Source of the DNA: a bacterium
GTDB lineage: Bacteria > Patescibacteriota > Microgenomatia > Woykebacterales > RBG-16-39-9b
Assembly (NCBI GenBank): GCA_030704665.1
Contig: JAUYID010000009.1
Location: 522,460 to 586,459 of the forward strand
DNA length: 64,000 nucleotides
Reading direction: 5' to 3'
The notes under the pieces were generated by a model. It saw only the letters and a list, made by a program, of their open reading frames with translations. It was not told the DNA's origin and did no database searches. Within the stretch, counting starts at the first letter, position 1. Each line of letters starts with the position of its first letter. The position numbers were made by a program, and so were the translations under genes. Positions 55,080 through 64,000 of the stretch are shown piece after piece.

Positions 55080-55740
55080 AAGTACAAGAAGTGAGGAAGC
55101 GCAGCCAGAGGAAGTGTAACATTGAGTTTCCTCTTTGTTCACTTTTCTAGCTGCGCTCGTGCATCAGTGGCGGACCCAGGATAAGTCGCTGAACCGGCCA
55201 CGTGTTGCTTAGTTGGCAGGAGTCTGAGTGTACTTTCCGAACTGAACCCAGACCAGCTGCGACCGCGAATGCTGAAAGCATCCCGATTCCGTAGTCCCTC
55301 TCCTGCCTTCTGCTTTCACTTTGGTACGGAGGTTAACCGCCAACAGCACCAAAGTTTCCGCCTTTCTCACTGGAAGCAACAGATTTTGGTCGCTCAACCA
55401 GGTTGTAGTTGGGGTGGAGTCAGCGGCTGCCTTCGAACGCAATCTCTCATAGTTGCACTCATTGGCGCACAGACCTGACTCCCCGAAAGAACGGCCAGAC
55501 AGGAGGTCCTGTCGGCACGGAAAAAGCGGATGAAGAGACTGGCTAGTAACTCTCAAACTTGACGGGTTCGGAAAGTGCGGGCGTGGTGCCCTTGAAGCGC
55601 AGTCTCGTCTCCGGTCTCAAATCCAAAGGTCACCGCTGCCGAGGATTTTCATCCATAAGCGGCGACACGTCAGATTGATCCCAAATTTCTTCCGAACTCT
55701 ATTATAGCGCAGGAAGTCAAAATTTAAACCCCAAAAACTG
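55080..55740. ncRNA. GC-rich ORF-free highly self-complementary segment, candidate structured RNA (class unassigned)
   Basis: about 55% GC vs about 43% background; only short non-protein-like ORFs; multiple perfect helices incl. a long-range pair acuuuccgaac(ug)aaccc / ggguucggaaagu enclosing about 330 nt. Confidence 0.25.
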
Positions 55741-56008
55741 ATCTGGTTTGGTTGTGAAAAGAGTCTTTTTGCCTGAGTTGACAGACGACCAAAAAAGAGA
55801 CGACAATATAACCAGAAAAGACACGAATGACCTGCCACGTACCAGATCAAAAAAATGTAAGTCTAATTCAACAAAGCGAATTAACTTACAGTCCGGGGCT
55901 AGGTTGAAAGTTACCAAGGAAAGTCTCGGTGCATGGCCTGCTCGGGGCCCATTCGATTTTCCTCTTTATTAAACTTAAATACTTGCCCGAGCAAAGGAAG
56001 GGTTTTAT

Positions 56009-56629
56009 ATGGCTCCTGTTCTTTACCGACGCCAGCGAGATCTGGTTGAATTTGTCTCTCAATTTATGCAAAAAAATGGTTATGCCCCGACACTAGCTGA
56101 AATATGCGACGGTCTTGGTTTGCGCTCCCCAGCTACAGTTCACGAACACATTGCCAATTTGATCCGAAAAGGGGTTTTGAAAAAAACTGAAGGCACTCGC
56201 CGTGGTATTGAGGTAGTTGATCAAAGGGCGATGGGCTGGGTCCCGGTTGGGGTGGAACTTCCCCTCAGCGGGCGTATTGCTGCCGGTCAGCCCATTGAGG
56301 CCATTGACGATCCTGCCTCAACGATCACGGTTCCGGCCGACCTGGTCGGCAACAAACGCTCCTTTGTTCTTCAGGTCAAAGGCAATTCCATGATTGAGGC
56401 AGCCATTCTCGATGGCGATTTTGTCGTCTGTGAACAAGTTGAAAGCGCCGACAACGGCGAAATCGTTGTGGCTCTACTGAACAACGGCACCTTTGCCACA
56501 CTCAAGCGTTTTTTCAAAGAAGCTGACCACATCCGTCTTGAACCAGCCAATTCAACCATGAACCCACTCATTGTCCGCGATGTCCAAATCCAGGGTAAAG
56601 TAGTTGGGGTAATTCGTAAGTATCACTAA
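56009..56629 (+). CDS. lexA: LexA repressor
   Basis: N-terminal wHTH; S24 peptidase domain with GNSMIEA (Ser) and VVGVIRKY (Lys). Confidence 0.85.
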   Translation: MAPVLYRRQRDLVEFVSQFMQKNGYAPTLAEICDGLGLRSPATVHEHIANLIRKGVLKKTEGTRRGIEVVDQRAMGWVPVGVELPLSGRIAAGQPIEAIDDPASTITVPADLVGNKRSFVLQVKGNSMIEAAILDGDFVVCEQVESADNGEIVVALLNNGTFATLKRFFKEADHIRLEPANSTMNPLIVRDVQIQGKVVGVIRKYH

Positions 56630-56655
56630 CAGCGGGTAACCACCTCCTTCAATCC

Positions 56656-56689
56656 TGATACTTGATACTTGATACTTGATACTTGATAC
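56656..56689 (+). repeat. (TGATACT)x4.8 heptanucleotide tandem repeat
   Basis: tgatacttgatacttgatacttgatacttgatac, 17 nt before the ATG at 56706. Confidence 0.9.
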
Positions 56690-56705
56690 CTTTAGAATAA
56701 AGCTA

Positions 56706-58082
56706 ATGCCTGAGGAGATAATTGAGAAAGTCGCCGAGTCCCCGGCGGTTGCTGTTGAAGCCGCTATTGATACTTCCAAAAAAGTTTCTGAGACTATTGC
56801 CAACCAAGCCCCGGTCAAAAAGGCCAATGAATACTGGCGCATGCTTGGTCCTGGCCTGACTACCGGCGCAGCCGACGATGATCCTTCGGGAATTGCTACC
56901 TACTCTCAAACTGGTGCCCGTTACGGCTTTCAACTGCTTTGGCTTGCGGCTTTTACCTTTCCCCTGATGGCAGTGGTCCAAGAAATGTGTGCTCGCATTG
57001 GTCTAGTTACCGGTCGGGGACTAGCTGCCAACATCCGCCTCAACTATCCAAAATGGGTTCTCTACACTTGTACTGCTCTTCTTTTCGCAGCCAACACTTT
57101 GAACCTGGGTGCTGACCTTGGAGCTATGGCCAAAGCCACCCAACTTTTGCGCCCAGATCTTAATTTTGGCTTTTTGGTAGCTGGCTTTGCCATTCTCAGT
57201 TTAGTCCTGCAAATTTTTACGACTTATGACAAATACGCCAAATATTTAAAGTGGCTCGCCCTTTTCCTTCTTTCTTACGTTCTGGCTGCTTTCATGATCA
57301 AAGGAATCGATTGGAGTCAAGTTTTCAAAGCTAGTCTGTTACCTCAACTTCAGCTAAACAAAGAACAAATTCTTCTCGTTTGTGGGATTTTGGGAACCAC
57401 TATCTCCCCTTATTTATTTTTCTGGCAAACTTCTCAAGAGGTTGAGGAAGAGGTTCTCGAAGGTAAGACGACAATTCAACTGCGTCAGCAAGAAACAAGC
57501 CAAGAAGAGATTCGAAAAATGAGAGTCGATGTTTGGTCAGGAATGTTTTTGTCCAATCTAGTCATGTTTTTCATTATTTTGACAACAGCCGCGGTTTTGT
57601 TTTCCAACGGTATTACTCAAATTGCTTCGGCTGCTGATGCTGCGGCCGCACTTAGGCCTCTAGCTGGGCCCTTTGCCTACTATCTTTTTGCTGCCGGCAT
57701 CATCGGAACTGGTCTTTTGGCGGTTCCAATCCTCGCCGGCTCAGCTTCTTACGCCATGAGTGAGAGCTTCCGCTGGAAATACGGTCTCTACCGCAAGCTC
57801 AAAGAAGCTTACGCTTTTTATGGGGTCATCATCATTGCCATGCTTATTGGTCTGGCTATCAATTTCTTTGGCATTGACCCGATCAAGGCGTTGCTCTATT
57901 CGGCGGTTCTCAACGGCCTGATTGCCCCGGTCGTACTGATTTTAATTGTTCTGATTAGTAGCAACAAAAAAGTTATGGGGGAAAGGAAAAATGGTTTGCT
58001 GACCACTAGCTTAGGCTGGCTTATTACTCTAGTAATGACTGTGGTTGGTCTGGCTGCTTTAGTTTCTCTCCTCATCCTATAA
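56706..58082 (+). CDS. NRAMP-family divalent metal transporter (MntH-like)
   Basis: GPGLTTGAADDDPSGIATYSQTG, 11-12 TM, COG1914-like. Confidence 0.7.
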   Translation: MPEEIIEKVAESPAVAVEAAIDTSKKVSETIANQAPVKKANEYWRMLGPGLTTGAADDDPSGIATYSQTGARYGFQLLWLAAFTFPLMAVVQEMCARIGLVTGRGLAANIRLNYPKWVLYTCTALLFAANTLNLGADLGAMAKATQLLRPDLNFGFLVAGFAILSLVLQIFTTYDKYAKYLKWLALFLLSYVLAAFMIKGIDWSQVFKASLLPQLQLNKEQILLVCGILGTTISPYLFFWQTSQEVEEEVLEGKTTIQLRQQETSQEEIRKMRVDVWSGMFLSNLVMFFIILTTAAVLFSNGITQIASAADAAAALRPLAGPFAYYLFAAGIIGTGLLAVPILAGSASYAMSESFRWKYGLYRKLKEAYAFYGVIIIAMLIGLAINFFGIDPIKALLYSAVLNGLIAPVVLILIVLISSNKKVMGERKNGLLTTSLGWLITLVMTVVGLAALVSLLIL

Positions 58083-58443
58083 CTGATTTTATTTCTTCCA
58101 AAACCTTCGCTGGAGAAGCTGAACTTTTAATAATGTAAGCCTTAGCCCCCAAGGAAAGTGCTTTTGTAAGCAGGGGATCGTCGTCCAAGTTGCTCAGGAC
58201 AATCACGTTTAAATCTCTAGTTTTGTTGTCCTCTTTTAGCTCTTGAAGCACTTGGAAGCCATCCTTTTCCGGCATCATGATATCAAGCAGCAAAAGATCA
58301 AAGCTCTCCTTTTTCGCTATCTCCAAAGCTTCGTTACCATTGGTGGCAATTTTGACCCGATAGCCACCCTTGGAAAGCATCCGTTCGTAAAGGTTGCGGA
58401 TAAACTGGTCGTCTTCAACTAAAAGAACTTTTTTTTCTTCCAC
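58072..58443 (-). CDS. CheY-like receiver protein
   Basis: VLLVEDDQFIRNLYE...LLLLDIMMPEKDGFQVL...LSNL. Confidence 0.7.
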   Translation of the reverse strand: MEEKKVLLVEDDQFIRNLYERMLSKGGYRVKIATNGNEALEIAKKESFDLLLLDIMMPEKDGFQVLQELKEDNKTRDLNVIVLSNLDDDPLLTKALSLGAKAYIIKSSASPAKVLEEIKSVIG

Positions 58444-59066
58444 TATTTTTTCCTCATTTTCTTGTAAAAGTAGATAACCACTAAGATTATAACGATAGCA
58501 ATGATGACGATGTCAAATTTGCGGAAAAAAGGTCCAATGCTGTGCCAGTTTTCACGCAGTTTCAAACCAATGTAAGTAAGCAAAGCCGACCAAAGAAAGG
58601 ATCCCAAAAAGGTCAGTGGAATAAAGGTTTTCAAAGGTAGTTTGGTGATTCCAGCTGGCAAAGAAATAAAAGTTCTAACTATCGGAAGAATACGGCTGAA
58701 AAAAACCAAGGGGCTGCCGTATTTTTTAAACCATTTGACGGAAAACTCGTAGTCCTCTTCAGAAAGTAGCAAAAACTTACCCCAACTCCTGATAAATTTC
58801 CGCACGTAATGGTCCTGACCCCAGTAGCCAAGACCGTAAGCAAGCAAACTCCCAACCAGGTTTCCCGCCGCACCGACGCTCACTACCAACCAAAAAGAAA
58901 ACTTACCCTGAAAAGCGAGTAGTCCCGAAAAGGGCATAATGATTTCAGAAGGAATTGGAATCAGAGCTGACTCCGCGGTCATAAAAAGAAAGACTCCCCA
59001 ATAGCCCGTAGCGGCAATGGTTTCTACTATTAAATTGGTAGCGGTATTGATCAAGCTCTCAAGCAT
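58443..59066 (-). CDS. DedA/SNARE-associated family membrane protein
   Basis: GYWGVFLFMTAESALIPIPSEIIMPFSG. Confidence 0.7.
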   Translation of the reverse strand: MLESLINTATNLIVETIAATGYWGVFLFMTAESALIPIPSEIIMPFSGLLAFQGKFSFWLVVSVGAAGNLVGSLLAYGLGYWGQDHYVRKFIRSWGKFLLLSEEDYEFSVKWFKKYGSPLVFFSRILPIVRTFISLPAGITKLPLKTFIPLTFLGSFLWSALLTYIGLKLRENWHSIGPFFRKFDIVIIAIVIILVVIYFYKKMRKK

Positions 59067-59133
59067 AAATTAATAATACCAGTTTTGGTCCTCAGTTTGC
59101 TCAGTGTCAGTTTAGTTTGCTATCATTGCCAAG

Positions 59134-59808
59134 ATGGCTCTTTATCTTATCGCTACCCCAATTGGAAATTTGGCTGATATCAGTCAAAGGGCTTTAGAAA
59201 CTTTGGAAAAAGTGGATTTAATTTTAGCTGAAGATACCAGAAAAACAGGTCTCCTGCTTCAGCATTACAAAATCAGAAAACCCCTTTTTTCATTTCATGA
59301 GCACAATGAAGTGGACAAACTTGGTCAGGTACTACAAATGCTGACCGAAGGCAAAGAAATTGCCTTAGTTTCTGATGCTGGAACGCCAACTATTTCTGAT
59401 CCAGGCTTTAAACTCGTGCGCGAGGCGACTGCCGCCGGAGTATCAGTAACTTCTCTTCCTGGTGCCTCGGCCGTTTTAGCTGCCTTGACTATCTCCGGAT
59501 TACCAACCGATAGGTTTCTTTATTTAGGTTATTTACCTAAGTCAGGCGGAAAAGCTGAGAAACTACTCACCCAAGCCAGCCAGGCAGTGGCAATTTTGCC
59601 CTCGACAATTGTAATTTTCGAAAGTCCCCATCGTCTGACAAAAACTCTTGAAAAACTGGCCAGGTTTTTTCCAAAGGCGGATCTAGCAGTAACAAAAGAG
59701 TTGACCAAAATTCATGAAACAGTCGTGCGGGGCAAGCCTGGAGAGCTATTTGAGAAGTTTAAGACGGAGACGATCAAAGGGGAGTTTACTTTAGTACTGC
59801 GAAATTAA
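59134..59808 (+). CDS. rsmI: 16S rRNA 2'-O-methyltransferase RsmI (tetrapyrrole-methylase fold)
   Basis: MALYLIATPIGNLADISQRALETL...LAEDTR. Confidence 0.8.
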   Translation: MALYLIATPIGNLADISQRALETLEKVDLILAEDTRKTGLLLQHYKIRKPLFSFHEHNEVDKLGQVLQMLTEGKEIALVSDAGTPTISDPGFKLVREATAAGVSVTSLPGASAVLAALTISGLPTDRFLYLGYLPKSGGKAEKLLTQASQAVAILPSTIVIFESPHRLTKTLEKLARFFPKADLAVTKELTKIHETVVRGKPGELFEKFKTETIKGEFTLVLRN

Positions 59809-61362
59809 ATTTCTCCCGGTCATAGTACTTGGTTTGGCAATTCCCATCAAAGACAGCAACGTTGGTCCGACATCGGCTAAGATTCCCGAAAGCAGTTGTT
59901 TACTTGACATGTTGCCAAACTGTTCCGCGATGATGACCGCTGGTACTGGATTGGTGGTGTGTTCGGTATCGGCCGCTCCAGTGGTAGGATTTACCATCAA
60001 CTCGGCGTTACCATGATCGGCAGTAATGACTGCTCCCCCACCCAAACCGAGGATTGTCGGAATCAGTTTTCCCAAACATTTATCAACACTCTCAATTGCT
60101 TTGACCGTTGCTGGTATTGAACCGGTGTGGGCGACCATGTCGGGATTGGCGAAATTGATCATGATAAACTCATAGGATTGTTCACGCAGTTTACTGTTGA
60201 CATAATCAGTTATTTCGGCAGCCGACATTTCTGGCTTTAAATCATAAGTCGCTACGTGCGGGGAGGGAATGTGGACCCGATCCTCCATCTGAAAAGGGTC
60301 CTCCTGACCACCATTGAAAAAGTAAGTCACATGAGCATATTTTTCCGTTTCCCCAATGTGGAGTTGACGTTTATTCATGAAAGAAACTATTGAAGCGAGG
60401 GGTGAGTTTACCTTGACGTGGGGGAAAGCAATTGACGAAACCGGCAGAGCTTTTTCATACTCAGTCATGGCGACAAAATAAAGATCATTGAGTTTTTTTC
60501 GTTCAAACTCGGTAAAGTTGGGCAAAACAAAGGCTCGGGTAAGCTGTCGCGGCCGGTCAGGGCGAAAGTTAAAAAAAATGAGGCTGTCCTTCTCTTTGAT
60601 CAATTTTGGGGCGAGCGCGCCAGGTTGAATTACAGTTGGGGGGACAAACTCATCAGTAATATTTTTAGCGTAAGAATTTTGAATTGCGGCCGCGGCCGTT
60701 GGCGCTTTTTCACCACTACCTACAGTCAAAGCTTGATAGGCTACCTTGATTCTTTCCCAATGTTTGTCACGATCCATCGCCCAGTAACGCCCCATGATAG
60801 TACTGATTTGTCCAATCCCCAAACTGGACAGTTTGTTTTCTAGTTCCCCGATTAGTTGTAGTGAAGCGTTGGGTGGTGAGTCGCGACCATCGGTAAAAAG
60901 ATGCAGGGAGAGGTTCTCAATTTTTGCCTCCTTAGCAAGCCAAAGTAGGGCGTAGAGGTGATCCATACTTGAGTGGACCACGCCTGTCCCAATCAAACCC
61001 ATCAAGTGGAGGGTAGTTTGATTGTCTTTGGCATGTTTAACCGCTGCCTGAAGAGCTTGATTGGACAAAAAGGTTCCATCGGCGATAGCTTGATTGATTC
61101 GAGGCAACTCCTGGTAGACAATTCTTCCTGCCCCTAAATTCAAGTGCCCAACCTCGGAATTACCAGCTTCTCCTTTGGGCAAGCCCACCGCCTCACCTGA
61201 AGCCTCCAAACGCGTGTGAGGATAAGTATTGTAGTAGTTGTCCCAGTTGGGCTTATTAGCTAGACTAATCGCGTTTCCAGGTCCGGGGGCAGCGATTCCC
61301 CAACCATCAAGGACAACCAAAACGACAGGATTGACAGGTTTTATTTGCACTCTGTTTATCAT
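59791..61362 (-). CDS. gpmI: 2,3-bisphosphoglycerate-independent phosphoglycerate mutase
   Basis: VLVVLDGWG, ...HSSMDHL..., TADHGN. Confidence 0.9.
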   Translation of the reverse strand: MINRVQIKPVNPVVLVVLDGWGIAAPGPGNAISLANKPNWDNYYNTYPHTRLEASGEAVGLPKGEAGNSEVGHLNLGAGRIVYQELPRINQAIADGTFLSNQALQAAVKHAKDNQTTLHLMGLIGTGVVHSSMDHLYALLWLAKEAKIENLSLHLFTDGRDSPPNASLQLIGELENKLSSLGIGQISTIMGRYWAMDRDKHWERIKVAYQALTVGSGEKAPTAAAAIQNSYAKNITDEFVPPTVIQPGALAPKLIKEKDSLIFFNFRPDRPRQLTRAFVLPNFTEFERKKLNDLYFVAMTEYEKALPVSSIAFPHVKVNSPLASIVSFMNKRQLHIGETEKYAHVTYFFNGGQEDPFQMEDRVHIPSPHVATYDLKPEMSAAEITDYVNSKLREQSYEFIMINFANPDMVAHTGSIPATVKAIESVDKCLGKLIPTILGLGGGAVITADHGNAELMVNPTTGAADTEHTTNPVPAVIIAEQFGNMSSKQLLSGILADVGPTLLSLMGIAKPSTMTGRNLISQY

Positions 61363-61473
61363 AGCGGCAAGGACCTTGAGTTTTCAAGGAAGAAGAGGGT
61401 GTTGCTCGATGGAGACAGCTTTGCTATCATATCTCGATGTGCCTTTTTTAGGTCACTGACAACTTGAAGTCTA

Positions 61474-62211
61474 ATGGAAGTAACTTTTTTTGCTGAAAAA
61501 CTTTTTAGTCTTGGTCCACTACCAGTCACCAACACCTTGTTGACAACTTGGCTGGTGAGCTTGCTGTTGATCACTTTTGCTTTCCTTTCAACAAGGAGAG
61601 TCTCTTTGGTTCCTTCTGGTTTACAAAATTTCGCGGAGATGATCGTTGAGGCTCTCTGGGAACAGATTGAGTCCTTGGCAGGAAAAGAGAAGGCCAAAAC
61701 CTTTTTCCCAATCTTGGCTACTTTGTTTATCTTTATTATTACTGCCAATTATTTTGGTCTTTTACCCATTGTCTCTGGTTTTGGTTTGAAAGAAATCCAC
61801 GAAGGAAAGGAAACCATTGTTCCTCTCTTTAGGTCAATAAATTCTGATCTAAACGTTACTCTGGCTCTCTCGCTTACTTCAGTTGCTTTTACTCATTATT
61901 TTGCCGTCACGGGCTTAGGGGTAGTTGCTTATCTAAAAAGATACTTTAGTCTCAACCCCATCTATCTTTTTGTTGGTCTTCTTGAGCTTGTCTCGGAACT
62001 AACTAAATTAGTTTCTCTTTCCTTCCGACTTTTTGGCAATATTTTTGCAGGAGAAGCGCTCCTCTCAACTGTTTCCAGTTTGGCCGCCTTTGTGGTACCA
62101 TTACCGTTCCTGTTCTTGGAGCTGCTCGTTGGCTTTGTCCAAGCAACTGTTTTTATGATGTTAACTTTAGTTTTCATGCTAATTCTGACTGAAAAGCATG
62201 AGTCTCATTAA
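61474..62211 (+). CDS. atpB: ATP synthase F0 subunit a
   Basis: LSFRLFGNIFAGE with conserved Arg. Confidence 0.85.
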   Translation: MEVTFFAEKLFSLGPLPVTNTLLTTWLVSLLLITFAFLSTRRVSLVPSGLQNFAEMIVEALWEQIESLAGKEKAKTFFPILATLFIFIITANYFGLLPIVSGFGLKEIHEGKETIVPLFRSINSDLNVTLALSLTSVAFTHYFAVTGLGVVAYLKRYFSLNPIYLFVGLLELVSELTKLVSLSFRLFGNIFAGEALLSTVSSLAAFVVPLPFLFLELLVGFVQATVFMMLTLVFMLILTEKHESH

Positions 62212-62215
62212 TTGA

Positions 62216-62443
<228 letters not shown>

Positions 62444-62468
62444 GTAGTTTTTAAAAGAAAGACTTTGT

Positions 62469-62966
62469 ATGCAGATAATCGAACAGTTCGGAATTAACCC
62501 AATTCTTATTCTAGCAAATATCGTTAATTTTCTGATTTTGCTATTGGTTCTGCGTGTCTTTCTTTATAAACCAATCCTTAAAATGCTTGAGACTCGAAAA
62601 GAAAAAATCGCCATTTCAATGAAACAAGCTGAGGAAATCGAAAAAAAGCTTTCCAAAGCTGCCGAAGAGCAAGAAAAAATCCTCAAGAAAGCCAATGAAG
62701 AAGCCGCTCTTCTAGTCAATGAAGCTTCCGAAGAAGCCAAGGTACTACTCGAAAAAACCAGAAATGAAACCAAAGAGGTCTCCAAGACAGCTATGGAGCA
62801 AACCAAAGCTATGGTTAGCAGTGAAAAAGAAAAAATGATGTCAGAGATCAAAGCAGATTTGGCCGGTCTAGTCGTCTCAACGATGACTAAAATGACCGGA
62901 AAAGTCCTCACTGCTGAGGATCAAAAACGTCTCGTCGTTGAAGCAGAAAAGGATTTACTTAAATGA
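62469..62966 (+). CDS. atpF: ATP synthase F0 subunit b
   Basis: N-terminal TM + long charged helix. Confidence 0.7.
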   Translation: MQIIEQFGINPILILANIVNFLILLLVLRVFLYKPILKMLETRKEKIAISMKQAEEIEKKLSKAAEEQEKILKKANEEAALLVNEASEEAKVLLEKTRNETKEVSKTAMEQTKAMVSSEKEKMMSEIKADLAGLVVSTMTKMTGKVLTAEDQKRLVVEAEKDLLK

Positions 62967-63361
62967 AGACTAAAATACTCAAGCTAGCGAAAAAATCTCT
63001 CCAAGCTTCTTTTGCCAAAGGCAGACTTGAACCTGCTTTAGTTTCAGAGCAAATTAAAGTGATTAAAAAGGAATACCCTAGCGAAACTCTGAACTTGCTT
63101 CGAGCCTACCGCAAGCTGCTGAGGGCAAAACTAGCCAAACAAACGGTTCTTGTCGAAAGCTCTCTTCCTCTGAACCAGGATTTAGTTGCCGATATCGAAG
63201 CTGAAATCAAAAAGAAATTCGGCGCGGACAAAACAGTTACTTTCAGGACTAACGAAACTACTCTCGGTGGCTTGCGTTTAAAACTTGGGGATGACATCCT
63301 GGACTATTCTTTAGCAGGAAAACTTAATGAATTGAAGGAGGCTTTTAGTCAACATGGCTGA
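62963..63361 (+). CDS. atpH: ATP synthase F1 delta subunit (OSCP)
   Basis: position in operon; ...[29 protein letters not shown]. Confidence 0.7.
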   Translation: MKTKILKLAKKSLQASFAKGRLEPALVSEQIKVIKKEYPSETLNLLRAYRKLLRAKLAKQTVLVESSLPLNQDLVADIEAEIKKKFGADKTVTFRTNETTLGGLRLKLGDDILDYSLAGKLNELKEAFSQHG

Positions 63362-64000
63362 GCAAATTTTGAGTCAACTGGAAAAAGAAATTTCTGAGTT
63401 AAAACTCTCGGGTCAAAAAAAGAACGTTGGTACTATTGAAAGTGTCAGCGACGGGGTCGCTATTGTTTCCGGTTTGAGTGACGTGGTTTACAATGAATTG
63501 GTCAAACTTCCAGGCGGTTTGACTGGACTAGCCTTGAATTTGGAAGAAAATAGTGTTGGTATTGTTGTCTTTGGTGACTATAAAAGCTTAAGAGAAGGTG
63601 ATCAGGTCGAAACCACCGGTACGGTTCTGAAGGTTCCGGTCGGACAGGCCTTGGTGGGACGCGTTGTCAATGCTCTTGGAGAACCAATCGACGGAAAAGG
63701 CGCTGTAAAAGCCACCGAAAGCTTCCCAATCGAAAAAGTTGCTCCTGGTGTTATTACCCGTGAAAGTGTTAAGACTCCCCTGCAAACCGGTATCATTGCT
63801 ATTGACGGTATGATACCAATTGGCCGGGGCCAGAGGGAACTCATCATTGGGGATCGAGGCTTGGGCAAAACCGCGATCACTCTCGACACAATCATTAACC
63901 AAAAGGGAACTGGTGTGACCTGTATCTATGTCGCCATCGGCCAAAAAACCAGCAAGATCGCCCAGATCATTGATACCCTCGAAAAATATGGTGCTATGAA
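63354..64000 (+). CDS. atpA: ATP synthase F1 alpha subunit, 3'-truncated by window edge
   Basis: [13 protein letters not shown]...[10 protein letters not shown] (P-loop GDRxxGKT); ATG overlaps the atpH stop. Confidence 0.85.
   Translation, partial: MAEQILSQLEKEISELKLSGQKKNVGTIESVSDGVAIVSGLSDVVYNELVKLPGGLTGLALNLEENSVGIVVFGDYKSLREGDQVETTGTVLKVPVGQALVGRVVNALGEPIDGKGAVKATESFPIEKVAPGVITRESVKTPLQTGIIAIDGMIPIGRGQRELIIGDRGLGKTAITLDTIINQKGTGVTCIYVAIGQKTSKIAQIIDTLEKYGAM

Noticed and set aside
55209-55556. Track ORF 55209-55556 (115 aa, minus) and 55269-55478 (plus)
   Set aside because: These are low-complexity, non-protein-like translations produced by GC-rich structured DNA. I treated the region as a candidate RNA instead.
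55080-55740. Attempted assignment of the GC-rich segment to RNase P RNA, tmRNA, SRP RNA or group II intron domain V
   Set aside because: - I could not find the P4 pairing (GGAAAGUCCGGGC / ACAGAACCCGGCUUA).
- There is no tRNA-like 3' end or tag reading frame.
- There is no GGAA-tetraloop SRP helix 8.
- There is no domain V consensus.
- Some partial resemblances exist (for example ggaaagtgcgggc and atgaagagactg), so this is not a firm exclusion.
56656-56689. Possibility that the heptamer repeat is a CRISPR array
   Set aside because: The unit is 7 nt with no spacers and there are no cas genes. It is a simple tandem repeat.

Overview
This 64-kb window reads as a low-GC (about 43%) genome with small genes and many lineage-specific hypotheticals. 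It resembles a CPR/Patescibacteria-like organism with a Gram-positive-type cell wall; that placement is inferred from gene content, not tested. Five groups of content stand out.

- **Cell-wall cluster (1-6941, minus strand):** a MurT-like Mur ligase, two tandem glucosaminidase-like paralogs, a small HExxH protein, two tandem FemAB-family transferases followed directly by tRNA-Gly(GCC), and a DUF2207 membrane protein.
- **tRNA genes:** 14 genes (Gly-GCC, Leu-CAG, Leu-GAG, Val-TAC, Phe-GAA, Gln-TTG, Pro-TGG, Leu-TAA, Gly-TCC, Arg-TCG, His-GTG, Lys-CTT, Arg-TCT). Almost every one is flanked by partial duplicates of itself (5' halves, 3' ends, att-like direct repeats).
- **AT-rich island (15.6-17.3 kb):** a Type II restriction-modification system, with an MT-A70 methyltransferase, an EcoRI/MunI-like endonuclease and a C-protein. 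It is followed by a clear heliorhodopsin gene and a stand-alone Cas4/RecB-like Cys-cluster nuclease.
- **GC-rich islets (about 55% GC, strong AGGAGG ribosome-binding sites):** several 0.4-0.9 kb islets with uncharacterised small ORFs. One about 650 nt long has no ORFs and is highly self-complementary; it sits in the 960-bp uvrB-lexA intergenic region.
- **Housekeeping:** uvrA, uvrB, a short uvrC, lexA, lon, typA, yidC, secG, gpmI, rsmI, two ABC-2 exporters, a two-component system, and the start of the ATP synthase operon (atpB, atpE, atpF, atpH, atpA).

CDS coordinates follow the supplied ORF track. Coordinates for RNAs and repeats were counted by eye and may be off by 1-2 nt.
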